A DNA stretch of 63,983 nt, filler included, from Folioceros fuciformis (lineage: Eukaryota), in assembly GCA_049999805.1 (NCBI GenBank). It is 13 parts of 13 records of this genome, joined end to end, with 100 filler letters (N's around TTAATTAATTAA, not from the genome) between each part and the next. Parts side by side here need not be neighbours in the genome. Positions count along the whole stretch, not along the records: positions 8,189 to 18,589 come from JBNGIO010001723.1; positions 18,690 to 23,418 come from JBNGIO010001724.1; 11 more parts are not named here. The stretch is one strand, 5' to 3'. Within the stretch, counting starts at the first letter, position 1. Each line of letters opens with the position of its first letter. Below the pieces are notes generated by a model that searched no databases, was not told where the DNA came from, and was given only the letters and a program-made list of their open reading frames with translations. A program made the position numbers and the translations under genes. Shown here in pieces: positions 11,649-23,518 of this stretch.

Positions 11649-11775
11649 CGGCGCTGTTCGGTGATATACACGTTGTCACAACGGAAATGTACCCGGCGCT
11701 GTTCGGTGATATTCACATTGTCACAGCGGACATCTACCTTCACATTGTCCGATGTGGTCACATCGGACATCTACA
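11649..11775. repeat. Two 45-bp tandem units plus a partial unit containing an 11-bp-stem hairpin (11746-11769)
   Basis: cggcgctgttcggtgatatWcacRttgtcacaRcgga x2; tgtccgatgtg-gt-cacatcggaca. Confidence 0.8.
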
Positions 11776-12556
11776 GACAAACACGGAGACACGCGGTTCT
11801 TGGGGATCGTGTAGAAGTGGTTAATTACAATATCGTACAAAATATTAATGAAGACTACTTTAAAAATAGTTTATACAAAAAGTATCTTAACAAACTATTT
11901 CTTTAGATATTAATGAAGAGTACTCTAAAAATAATTAGAAAAAATCTCCTTTGTCTATATCTGGAAGATGCTTAGTTATCCTTATCTAGAAGAAATAGGT
12001 TTTTAAGATATCTTGAGGCAATTCAAGGACCAGTAGCACCCTTTGCAACCAAGGTCAAGCGCACTTGGAAGATGATGCATGGAAAGCTTAGAAGCTTATA
12101 AAGGCCTAGCCTTCCCAAGGCCAATGCAGACTCCTTTGTGTGCCATGTTGTTCTACTAAATAGGGGGTTTCAAACTTGTGCAAAATGGAGCTGATAGGGA
12201 AACACGAACCCAGATGTATCCGACAAATATTTGTAAGGAAATACGAGCTGATATTGCAAAATCATATCCAGCAAGGTTGCACCTACTGGATTTGTATATC
12301 AGCCTTGGACGGCTCACGATATCAGCCGGCGTTGCCGAGACGGGCAACTGCAATCCTGTTTGCTGGGACAACTTGCGCGCACGCTTCAATCAGAAACCCC
12401 AAGTCTGGGTTGTGGTCGCTGCTGAACAAAGGAGAACAACCATGCCTTACAGGTCTGAGACGCAAGACTTTTCGAGCAACCTTTCCAGGTGGATTGCGTT
12501 CGCCTCTATTGAGGACTCATCCTTCAAATCGTCATCCTCCGAATCATCTGATAGAG

Positions 12557-13724
12557 ATGAGGCTGTTGACCTTTTCTTTTTTTTCTTGTGCCTCTCGCTA
12601 TTTGTCTACTCGAGAGCCCAGACATCGTCCTGTGCACTTCTTTCTCAATTCTTTCTCCATGATTGCTGAAGAGGAATTTAGGCAACTATTTCGCACCTCC
12701 TGTCGGGGCTTCGTGTCACTCTTCATAGTCCTTGAGGGTCATCCGATTTTCAAGAATGGTTCTCAGTGTTCCCAAACAGCTCTGGCTTGGCAATTAGCTT
12801 TGACCCTATGTAGGTTGGGCGCTAATGGCAATGGAACTAGCGTCGGGGCAGGAACTGTTTGCCTATTTACCAACCGAGTGATAGAAGCTATACTTGCTCA
12901 ATTTGATGGTTGGCTAGAGTGGCCTGCTGTAGGAAGACATCGAGAGCTTGGACGTGTCATGTAAGAGGAAGGTTTCCCAGGCTGTGTGGGTTTTACAGAC
13001 GGCACCACATTACCACTATCATAAAAACAAGGTGTGGATGGTGAAGTGTAATTTGATCGTAAAAGAAGATATGCTACAGTATGTGTTTTGAGAGCTTGCT
13101 GTAACCCAAGACACGAGTACTAAGCTTACACTACCTCTCTTTGCCAGGTATTCCATCAACATGCAAGTGGTTTGCGATGTTGACAAACGAATCACTGCCT
13201 TGCAAGTGGGTTGTCCTGGTCGGTGTGCAGACTCGTTTGTGTTCCACCTGGATGAAACTGTGCAAGGATCCGCAAACTCACTTTTCAGCAGGGGAGTACA
13301 TACTTGCAGATTCTGCCTACGGTTTGTCTACCAACTGTATACCTGCGTACAAGGCTCCAGCTTCAAATATGCTCGAAAATGCAGAACTCAATTTTTGCCT
13401 TGCCAAAAGTAGAGTTAGGAATGAGCACTGCATAGGTATTTTGAAATCTCGTTGGGCCTCTCTTCGAGAAATGAGGCAGGAGATAAGATGTCCTCGGGAT
13501 ATGAGAGAGGTAGTCCGCTGAGTTGCGGCATATTGTGTTCTTCATAACATGTTAGCTCGCCTTGGTGATACATGGACAGACATGCTTCTCGAGGTGACCA
13601 AGTAGAGTCTTCTGGTGAAGTTGTTGGGGCTAGTACCATTCACGTTGAGAGTTTTCGAGAGTCTCTGAAGATGATTACTCTTCAGACAAATTACAAACGT
13701 GGAGTTCTTCCTTTGTCTCGTTGA
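12557..13724 (+). pseudogene. Harbinger-type transposase with stops and one intron
   Basis: WQLALTLCRLGANGNG, FPGCVGFTDGT, SINMQVVCD, YILADSAY, RVRNEHCIGILKSRWASL. Confidence 0.88.
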
Positions 13725-13829
13725 CCAAAAAGCATGAAGATATCATTTGCCACAACGTTTGCAAGCCCTACCTGGTTTTGTTGTCCTCAAACACCTAGAA
13801 GGGAAGCTATATTTCTGCCAATTAAATGA

Positions 13830-14711
13830 ACTTTAGCATATCCTCTAATTGCTCGCTGTCGTAGCCCTTTTCCACGGCCGTCTGAATGAGCAACAGTTTT
13901 TGTATCCTCAAACGCTCATCAATCTCTTCGTTATGTTGTTGCCGCAATAATGCTTGCTCCTCTTTCCCATCTGCCCTCTCCATCTCCCATTTTTCCTTCT
14001 CCCATTGTAGTTTAGATTGACTTCATCTAAGTTCAGGTAATCTTGAGGTTGTGATTCACATTCTTCAGGAATTTGAGATTCATCGTCGTTTGGACACTGT
14101 GAGTCTCCTTCAGTTAAATCGAGTAGGGTGTCAGAATCTTGAATACTTGCAATAAACTGAGGTAGGAATTCTCCAATTATAGGAGCTTGCAGTTGGCCTC
14201 CTATTGTTTGTTGCAGTCCACAGTCTAGCTCAAATAATGGCTCACATTTGCTTTGGCTCCAAACAAAGAGTCCATGCGTTCAAACCAAGCACACATGGTG
14301 TCCAATTTTTAAAATACCATTTTTCAGGTCCTCTACAGACACACCAAAACCTGTACTGTCCCTTGCCTCTCTCACCTTCATGTACCTTGCCTTGTAAGTA
14401 GCAAATCTTTCCTTCATGCTTTTCGCACCAAGACAGAAGTGCCCCTTACTGCCTTTGCTTACCACATTTGCCAGCATACTGAAGCCCTTCTCTGAATTAC
14501 ATAGTGGCTCACCAACACTTGTCTGGCCAGGCACACCAAAGCACAGTGCGTAATTGGGCGGATGCTCTTGCCAAGTGACAATATGCTCATAATCTTCTCG
14601 CTGCAAATTTGGTTTCTTCCCAACAGGAAGGTTACTTTCTTCTTCCTTCTTCCTTGAAGTGACAACGACTATACACACGCTCTGAGGGCATGGCACGATT
14701 AATTCTACCAT
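13830..14711 (-). pseudogene. Second (Myb-like DNA-binding) ORF of the transposon, disrupted
   Basis: Convergent with the transposase inside the TIRs; MKERFATYKARY...STGFGV motif; E/K-rich coiled tail remnants. Confidence 0.6.
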
Positions 14712-15001
14712 TTACAGGGAGAGCAGCAGCAGATTGTGCCGCCCCTGAGCACCAGCAAATGCAGCAGGAAGAGATGGCCGTGTACCACCCCCGCCTGTTG
14801 CCCGCTAGATGTGTATGCTACAACTACAACATCCCCAAGCAGTTGTGACACCACTCACTCTAAACCCTACACCCACTGTAGCCTCGCTTCTGATCTCTCT
14901 TACAGCACCAACAAGCTTCACAAGCCAACAAGATAGTCCGCAACAATGCACCCGCTATGACGGGACAGGCATAGGGGCACCATATGCTGCTCGAGCAGGC
15001 T

Positions 15002-15160
15002 GTCCTGAAGTGGGGCGAGGTAGAAAAGAGCGGGGAAAGAGGGACGTGTGGGTAGTCCTGAAGTGGGGGCGAGGCAGAAAGGAGCCGGGGAAGGAGGGAC
15101 GTGTGGGTAGTCCTGAAGTAGGGGCAAGGCAGAAAGGAGCCGGGAAGGAGGGACGTGGCA
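15002..15160. repeat. ~55-bp purine-rich subterminal tandem repeat, about 3 copies
   Basis: gtcctgaagtggggcgaggYagaaaRgagc..ggaa..agggacgtg repeated. Confidence 0.85.
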
Positions 15161-15388
15161 AGAGACCGGAACTGGGACATGAAATAGGAAGCAAGGGCAG
15201 CGCGGGAAACAATGGTACAAACAAATACGCCACAACCCGGCCCCCATTTCAGACGGGGAGTTAAGATTGAATAGACTGATTCGCTGGCAACCTCGAAATA
15301 GGGCGGATACGCTGTTGTCGACATCCAAGTTTGAAACCCCCTAATGCGTCTAACACATGTGTAGCTTGTTGTGTGGGAACATTGTATG

Positions 15389-15922
15389 TTCAGATCCTCG
15401 TTCTTCGAACACCAACAACTATACGGAGCTCTACCGCCCCGTGTGCTACCCACTGATGAACCCCGGGCAGCCCCACATGCTGCTAGATCTGCAGTATCCC
15501 GGATGGGACGTGATGCTCAACTGGATCATTTCGTGCGACGCAAGAGCTCAGGCTGTGCAACAATCACCTCTTCCTCACGACCCCGTCCTCTTCGTTCACC
15601 ACGCCAGCGTTGACAGGATCTGGACTGTTCGGAACGCACAGTGAATTGCGATTTGTATGTGTTGTCGCTCAGTGCTGAATGCTCGCCGTTGTGTGACCGA
15701 CGTTGTGTCCTTTCAGGCGCTGAGCACGCCTGGCCAAGTGAATCGTGAGGAAGACCCACACTTTCTGGACGCCGAATTATTCTTTTCTGATGAGAAGGAA
15801 GACATTGTGAGTCAAAGAAGAACGAAGACATTGTGACGTTCATTGTAAGGAACTGCCTCAACAAGTTGGACGTGAACTGTACTACTGACCAGTAAGTAGA
15901 GCACCATTGGCTCCAGGATGTG
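15389..15922 (+). pseudogene. Second, 5'-truncated and internally deleted PPO copy
   Basis: ELYRPV..PL..PG.P.ML.DLQY and HDPVLFVHHASVDRIW; same intron acceptor context. The 3' flank at 16005-16110 resembles 11545-11645. Confidence 0.85.
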
Positions 15923-17057
15923 ATGACAGGGAAGGAAATTACTTTCTAATGCCTTGCGCTCGTTCAGTTGGTATGCAAGCTTGTTTGTTTTATGGGCACT
16001 CACGTAGCAGCTAGGATTTGCTTCTGACCAGTTTCGACATCTCTGGTTATTCCACTTGTGGCAAGCAGAAGGCTTTTGGTGAAGTCAGATATCGTGTATT
16101 GTGTGTGTCCCGCTTGGCGTTTTACAATGGACAGGATGAGCCACAGAGACGGCCAGAACAGAACAAGGCTACAGTGGTTTCCAACTACTGATCCACGTTT
16201 TTTCTATCTTTTCTGGAGATTAGAAATCTAATGAATTCCACTCCTATGATTCTCCTCTCCCTTTACCCTGTGCCAATGCGGTGGACGTGCAGTGGCCTTG
16301 GACGCCTCTCATGGTCCTACACAAGCAGCACAGTGGAGTTTAATGGACCTGAGCGCTGGTCCATTAAACTCCACTGCTCTCACAAATCGTGCCAACTTCT
16401 CTGGCGTAGGGTTTCTTCTCAAGCGACCCACCATGTCCAATCTTCACCACCCTCCAAGGCCTACTTGCCCGTTCTTGGCACAGGACTCACGCGACAAACA
16501 AACAAATTTGTATGGACGAATGTGACGCTAAGTCGATAGGCTTACGACGCTTCAAGATAAAACTGCAATCATCGCAATAGAAAGAAATTGAAAGTGCAGA
16601 TGCATGGTCTTTGATTGCGTACATAATGAGAGTACCTCAACCCAATACAACACCAAATGCCATTGCAGACCACTTTCGCCCATCCCCAAAGTTCTCGTTC
16701 CCAACCTGTTCCCCCTTACTCTACTGTCACAGGGCTCACAGGCAATACGCGACCGAGTGACACAGTACGTTGCAGGTGAAATTGATCTCATCAGATACCT
16801 TTTTCTTCACAGATGAGAATTCGCCAGAATCTGCAAGTTGGTGGTCGAAGAATGGGCACATCCTAATCGCTATGGAGGCATATATAAAGTGCAACTGAAT
16901 CTTATCGACAGGATCGTCTTGTGACCAGGGAAGCAAGAGATCGTCGAGACCCTCCCGGGATTTGCGCAAAAATGGATGGGATGGCATCCTCAAGGTTTAC
17001 CTACCACATACAGTTCTTTTCTCCATAATTTACATATACAGTTGCAACTCAAACTAT

Positions 17058-18473
17058 TTACTTCTTCAGCGTGCCATCAAGCGTCTTCTCATACTCCTCG
17101 ATAGATTTGAAGAGAGCAGAGAAATTGCCTTTCCCGAAACCGCCACAACCAGCCTTTTGAAACACCTTGCCGCCCTCATCTCGAACCATGCACCCGATCC
17201 GTTGGATGATCTCGATGAACACAGTGGGCCTGCTCAGCAAGCAAACAAACACACACATCCCCACATCCATCAGTGCATCAAATCCTCAGCTTTCAGGAAG
17301 CGCACAAGAGGCACTAAAAGAGCACCTGTCCCCAAGGGGCTTGGTGAAAATCTGCAACAAAACGCCCTGATCATCCTTGTCCACCAGAATACCCAGCTCC
17401 TCACACTCCTTCATCTGCTTGGCGGACAACAGGTTCCCGACTCTCCTGGGAAGATTCCTGTAGTAAGTGGAGGGTGGCTTGGGCATGAACTCGAACCCGC
17501 CAACGGCGGACCTCATCTGCATCTCCTTCAGAGTGGAGAAGATGTCATCACAGATTAAGGCAAGGTGCTGCAACCCTGGGCCCTCATTGTGCTCCAAGTA
17601 GGTCTGGATCTGCGACTTCCGCTTAGTGCCATAGGTAGGCTCGTTCAAGGGCAGCAGCACGCACTCATTGTTGCTGGCCAGCACCATGCTGTTGAGCCCG
17701 CTGTCAGCCGTCCCCACATCCTCCGCCGTGAATTCCGCAAACTCGTGGAAACCTGTAAAAGATGAAATGTACTTGACAGCCTTGAGCAGGCTCGGCACAT
17801 TCCCCACAGCATGATCCACGGCCCGCAGCCCGTAGGTGAGCGGCAGAGACTCCACCGCCTCGTAATTGGGCAAAAAAGGCCCGGCAAACCCATCCGGCGT
17901 GCTCACATACCGCAGAACCACGTCTCCATACAGCTTCACTTCCGCCAGCACCATCGTCTTCCTAGACGCAGCGTCCACCAGCTCCTGCGGCTCCAGCACG
18001 GGCACCGCCCCGTTCTCCACGCTCCGCAGAAATGCATCTTCAGCATCCTCCACCAGAATACCTACCGCACGCACCGCCAGCCCATGCGCCACGTTGAACC
18101 GCCTGGCGTCCTCGCTATCGTACCCCGGATGCGGGAGCCGGCTCCCGCTCTGGTCCACCTTGGAGGAATAAGGCGCAGAAAATGCCATCACCAACTGGTT
18201 GCTCCGGAGCACATAGCTGCAGTACGTCTGGTTGCCCGTGGTCTGATCGGACTTGGCCACGAGATGCATCCCCAGGCCCCACCCGAACCTCCTCCAGGTG
18301 TTGGTGGCGTCCCCGCACCAAAACTCCACATGGTGGAAGCGCAGCACCTTAAACAGATCCGTCATGGGATTGTGCCGCTGGAATCGCTCGAACCCTACCA
18401 GGTCCATCCCGTCCCCGCTCACCCCCGGCAAGCCATCCGGCAGATCCCGATCCGTGTCCCGCTCCCCGTCCAT
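17058..18473 (-). CDS. HPPD: 4-hydroxyphenylpyruvate dioxygenase; intron 17325-17230; frame open upstream to the contig edge
   Basis: FHHVEFWCGDA, DHAVGNV, HNEGPGLQHLAL, LLQIFTKPLGDR|PTVFIEIIQRIGC, GCGGFGKGNF. Confidence 0.97.
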
Positions 18474-19001
18474 GATCAGCACCCCCCGGTGGTGCGTCGG
18501 CAGCAGCTCCTCCTCCCCGTCACTGTCCGTGGTGGAGAGCGCCAGACATGACGATCGCTCCAGGGAGCTGAAGAAGGCCGCCGCTATGCNNNNNNNNNNN
18601 NNNNNNNNNNNNNNNNNNNNNNNNNNNNNNNNNTTAATTAATTAANNNNNNNNNNNNNNNNNNNNNNNNNNNNNNNNNNNNNNNNNNNNGATGAAAATGG
18701 TTCAAGGTCTGCGGCCAGTGTTGGGCAATACGCCTCCGGCTGTGCCTGCAAGCCTCGTCCCAAACAGCCAAGATTCGACAAATGGTCCTCGATCACATAC
18801 ATGGCTTATACCATGACAGGCTTCACGACGTAGTTTTATTTACCACGTAATTATTATCACGCCGCCCAATTCATCTCAGCTCTGATTCATTTCATTACAC
18901 TTCTCTCACTCATCTTAGCAAGATTCTTGATCAGGGCAACCACGCGATGTTGAGTAGCGTCTCATCAAGAAGAAAACTACAATCAATCAAAGATTGAGAG
19001 G

Positions 19002-21475
19002 ATGCAAACAACTAAACTTGAAGTTTGGTGTTTACTAAGTTGCTTTTCTTGTACCTATCGCCATGTAAGATTTGCACAAGTCATCACGTTAACCACAATG
19101 ACAACATATTTAATGTTGTCATTCTTCCATAATGCATTTTTATCAGGTAAGTTTCAAGACATTGATATGAGTTGGATTGCAAGTCTCTTGAAGGGTTATA
19201 GTCATATTACACTTCAAGTCTTGTGACCATGAATGACATTGAGATTAGACACTTGAAGACAAAGGCTTATCATTCGACTAATGAAACTTTGTTTGTATTG
19301 TTCATTGTTAGATACTTGGTCAAAGAATTACTTTCTGGACCTAAGTTTTAGGTGGAATTCCAAGACTTCTTCATCAGATGATATAACACAACTTCACCAA
19401 GCTGTTAAACATTGTGTGGTAACAACTTGTGATGAATCAATCAAGTTTCTCCCTTCCTCATTGTTGGACAAAGCAAACTCTATCTTCATGTTTGTTGCTT
19501 CAACCCAAACATGTTTATCACTTGTTTTGCTTCCACTTACTAGAAAGCTAATGGTGATGGGCTTGACATTACTCGGCTAGATACTTGCAAACTTCGCATT
19601 AAATATCCTGAAGGCACACCAAATTCTTGGGTGAGATTTTTGTTCTACTTTTTTTAATCCATAGAAAATCCCTCAATGGTTTTTCAAGTTCGCTAATATA
19701 TTTGGTAGCTAGTTGTGCATTTCAGGAATACATAAAAGAGTCCTCAGGCACAAAAGTCATGGAATCCAAAAATTTGACATGGGACTACGATTTGTGTGAA
19801 GTGCTACAATATTGGAAAAAAGTGTGTTGTTTTCATTTTGTTGTCTGCTTTATTCTTTTTATTATTTCTTAACAAGTCAATTATCATGAACTTATAATGT
19901 TCTTGTCTTGTCTTTACTTTGTGATCTTGAAGGCATGGACAAGAGCAGCTTTGTTGTCCAAAGACATTTTGCATTGTTATTTAAAAGAAGAAAATCTACA
20001 ACCCATCATACACCATGTCGTGAGTGGGTAATACTTTTCACCTTCACCTTTTACTCTCTTACAATGTACAAACATTTTGAAATTTTGTCCACAAGAATGT
20101 GACCATACTTGTTATGAATGTAGAGGAGACTGTGAAAACGTAGAGGATTGTTTTCAACGAGTTCATGGTCTAGTACCACAAGTACAACGTTTTCTTCCAG
20201 GTCAGGCTGGAAGATGTGCCCTTGTTGGAAATTCAGCAAATCTCAAGGCCAACTTTTCATTTGCCGAAGAAATAGATCAACATGACACTGTGATTCGACT
20301 CAATGACGCTTTGACAACAGTAAGTCTTTTTCTACCCTTTTCCTAGTACCGTGTCCTGAGCTACTACTAGCGTGCACAAATGTTGTGTTTGCGTTTGCTT
20401 CCTTTGCTTGCCAGGAAGCATTTGTGAAGTGGACAGGAAGAAAGACCAACATTCGTTTCGTGAATGAGAGGGTCATAAAATCATTGAAGCATTTTATTAC
20501 AACAAATAAGATAAGAAATGGTAAGTTTTGTTGTGAAATTTATCCATATTTTATTTTATATTGAGAATGATGCAATCCATTTTTTCACCATGAATGTTCT
20601 CCATGTGGGTGTCAGAAGTGATCATTCTACGAAGAGCTCTAGGTGGAAAGTACATGCCAAACATAGTTCACTATAAGGTATTCTATAGTGCCAAGGCTAC
20701 TATGTGCTATCCATAGTTTGTGTCGAATTTTTGTTTTATTTTTTGATAATTTTTATCTACTCCTTTTCCTTGAGCTAATGATTCATTTCAATACTTTCAG
20801 AACAAAACTTTCCAAAATGATATTCAAATAGCTTTACTATTATCAAACATAAAAGGAGGAGGATTGCAAGCGGATAGACTGTTAGGACATAGCTCCGGTT
20901 ACTTGGCTCTCAATTTTGCAGCTTCTGTATGTACTTCTGTAGACTTGTATGGTTTCTCTATTGATCCAGGTCCACAAACTTCATGGTAAGTAATATTTTA
21001 AATTTTTGAAAATAATTTACATACATTTGATGTGACCTTGTACTAATCAATAACGTGTGTGTGAATTAGGTCTAGGTACTTCTCAAATCCAAGGTTTGGG
21101 CATTCTCCCCTCACACATAAGGCATATTATCATATACTCGAGTGTCTCAGAGTAAGAAGCTTCAATGCTTTAGTTTAATATTTTTGTATCTTGTCTTTGA
21201 TGAGTATTTCTTACACTCATAAATGCCAACAGATCATGATGCTTTCTTTCACTAAAAGTTCTTTATTATGAACTATTTTTTTGATATTAATTATTTCCAT
21301 GAATGTACCCCAGGTTGTTACCCTATGGTCTGCCTCTCGGGTAGCTTCTGGTCGTAGTAGGTCCCTTCCAAGCTATGTAGTGATTGAAAAAGGATATAGT
21401 GCCATTCTAGACTTGCAAAGTAAAGTGGGTGGTAATAAGCCACATTGTCAAGATAACTACTTCATAATTGGGTGA
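19002..21475 (+). CDS. GT29 sialyltransferase-like protein (MGP2/SIA-like), multi-exon; boundaries approximate
   Basis: L-motif RCALVGNS...EIDQHDTVIRLN; S-motif SSGYLALNFAASVCTSVDLYGFSIDPG; W|SRYFSNPRFGHSPL...YYHILECL; N-terminal V.HCV...C.L..KYPEGT..SW. Confidence 0.85.
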
Positions 21476-22470
21476 TGTAAGATAACTACTTTAACGACGC
21501 TTTACAAGAAACTACGAATGTACGGGTAGATATGTATTCCTGTGGCAGATGAGATAAGGTGTGGCTGGCTTTTCGAATTAGGTGGGATTTAGAAAACGAT
21601 CAAAATGAGGTGATGTCGCCAGAAATGGACTGACTAGGTGTGGGGCAGAAGGAAGGGTAGGATAATGTGGGTGTGAACCCAGGCTTCCGTTACAGCTGTT
21701 AGCTGGTGTACAGTGTAGAGATGAAGCCGGGAGCAAGCAAGGGAGAGAGAGAGAGACGCTTGTTGGCGCCCATGGGGAATCTGGATCCCCAATCTCCTCT
21801 CCTGCCTGTGATGAGAGTTGCTGGGTCCTGAGAACTGAGTCCTGCGTCCTGCGTCCTGCGTCCTGCGGGGGACGTGACAAGGCTGCCGCGCACGCGTGAC
21901 GAACGGCGAGTCGGGACTGGTTTCCCTCTATCCTCCAATCGCCTGCCGTCTTGTTAAAGTAACTGACTAGACTCCTACCCGAATTGATGGATGTGCGGCT
22001 GTTCTTTTATCATTTCCCATCATAGGAGCGCTGGAGGCGGGCCCCGTCTCCCGCCTGGAACGGAGCGCCTTGTCCGCAGAGGGCGTGGCGCATCGGACAG
22101 CCGTGCGATGCTTACATCGGACGGTGTGGGCCCCCGCCTCTCACATGCTCGCTGTGCGGGTATGGAGCGCCAAACTGGCGCGGCACCAACCCCCAGGGGG
22201 CCTGAAAGCGAGTGCGGGCACGCGCCCCGTCAAGTGGTGTATTCCCCTGGCCCCACCGCCGCTCGTCGAACATATGGGGCGAGGGAATTAATCGCCAAAC
22301 CATGGCGTGACAAGGGGCTTAACTTGATTGACCCGCTCGACTGGTAAGTAGTTAAGTATGTAGTTACGTTAGCTTGTGGCCGTGTAACTCAATGACTGTC
22401 GATAAATATCTTACGAGGGGCTTCCGATGGGAAAGAGGGAAGAAAGAGCGGAGAGAGGGGAGAAGGCCAA

Positions 22471-22552
22471 GGAGTGGTGGCAGAGGTTCGATCCTGGGAC
22501 CACCAATCCAGACGACTCCGAGCCCGACGCCCTAGCCAGCAAGCCACCAATC
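22471..22552 (-). repeat. tRNA-like (SINE-head-like) segment
   Basis: Minus strand has A-box-like TGGCTTGCTGG (22546-22536) and B-box-like GGATCGAACC (22494-22485); no clean cloverleaf. Confidence 0.35.
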
Positions 22553-23518
22553 GCGCATTGCTACGCGTACTAGTCCGCGTTGGTAATACCGGCCATGTCT
22601 GGCGTGGTGTCCGTTAACCCACCAAATTGAGCGCATCAAGTGACGGCGGGGATTATCACCTCGGGCCCGGATGGGAAATCGTGCTGGCAAGCCCTGTTGC
22701 AGCAGTGAGGTCCAGCCCTGGCCAGGTCTATCCTTCGACAAAAATATCGCCGGTGCGACCGCGACCGCGACCGCTACCCCCCTTTGCTGCTGTTTACCTG
22801 GCCGCTGTTTTAAATAAACCCCCGGTCCGAGGCTGTTGTGGTGTCATATTCTCGCCTGTAGACGGGATGTGACTTCAGACTTGTTTTCGTCCTCCTCTTC
22901 CTGGCTCTTGCTCTACCTCTGGCTCCTTCTGCGGCTCCTTCTCTGGCTCCCTCTCTGGCTTGGCACGGCTCGGTGTGGTTCGGTTCGGCTCGGGTGGATT
23001 CTTCTGATTGTCGCAAGCTCGCGCCCGCGCTTGCGCCTGCGCCTGGCCGCTGCTGTCCCCTGTGGAGCTTCCGTTGCATCTCTGTCGTCGCTGGCTACCA
23101 GGGCCCCGCTTGTGCGCACTTCTGTTGTCTTGTCTTGTCTTGCTTGTTGGCTCCTCGCCTCCACCTTGGCCCTGGCTCTGCGAGATGGCAGCCAATCCCG
23201 GCCGGACGGTGAGCATGGAGATTCTCGACCTCGAGCTGCGCTGGTGCTAGTGGAGTGGAGTTGCTGTTATGATATTCCGGCTGCTAGTGCTGGCCTCCCC
23301 CAACAGGGCCGACACGAAAATGTATTTCGTGGACGAGTATCCTCTGGGGTAGAGCCGGGGACGCCGGCCGTGGTCGGGGGGAGTGGAATGGTAGCGGAGG
23401 CCACCAGGAATGTTTAAGNNNNNNNNNNNNNNNNNNNNNNNNNNNNNNNNNNNNNNNNNNNNTTAATTAATTAANNNNNNNNNNNNNNNNNNNNNNNNNN
23501 NNNNNNNNNNNNNNNNNN

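Larger units (their letters stand above)
12162..15342 (+). mobile_element. Fully delimited (3181 bp) but degenerate PIF/Harbinger-superfamily transposon, Pangu-like
   Basis: Perfect 17-bp TIRs AGGGGGTTTCAAACTTG (12162-12178) / CAAGTTTGAAACCCCCT (15326-15342); AAT on both flanks; DDE_Tnp_4-type transposase on + and a convergent second ORF on -. Confidence 0.92.

Noticed and set aside
22836-23417. Overlapping GC-rich ORFs on both strands
   Set aside because: Low-complexity repeats with no recognisable domain.
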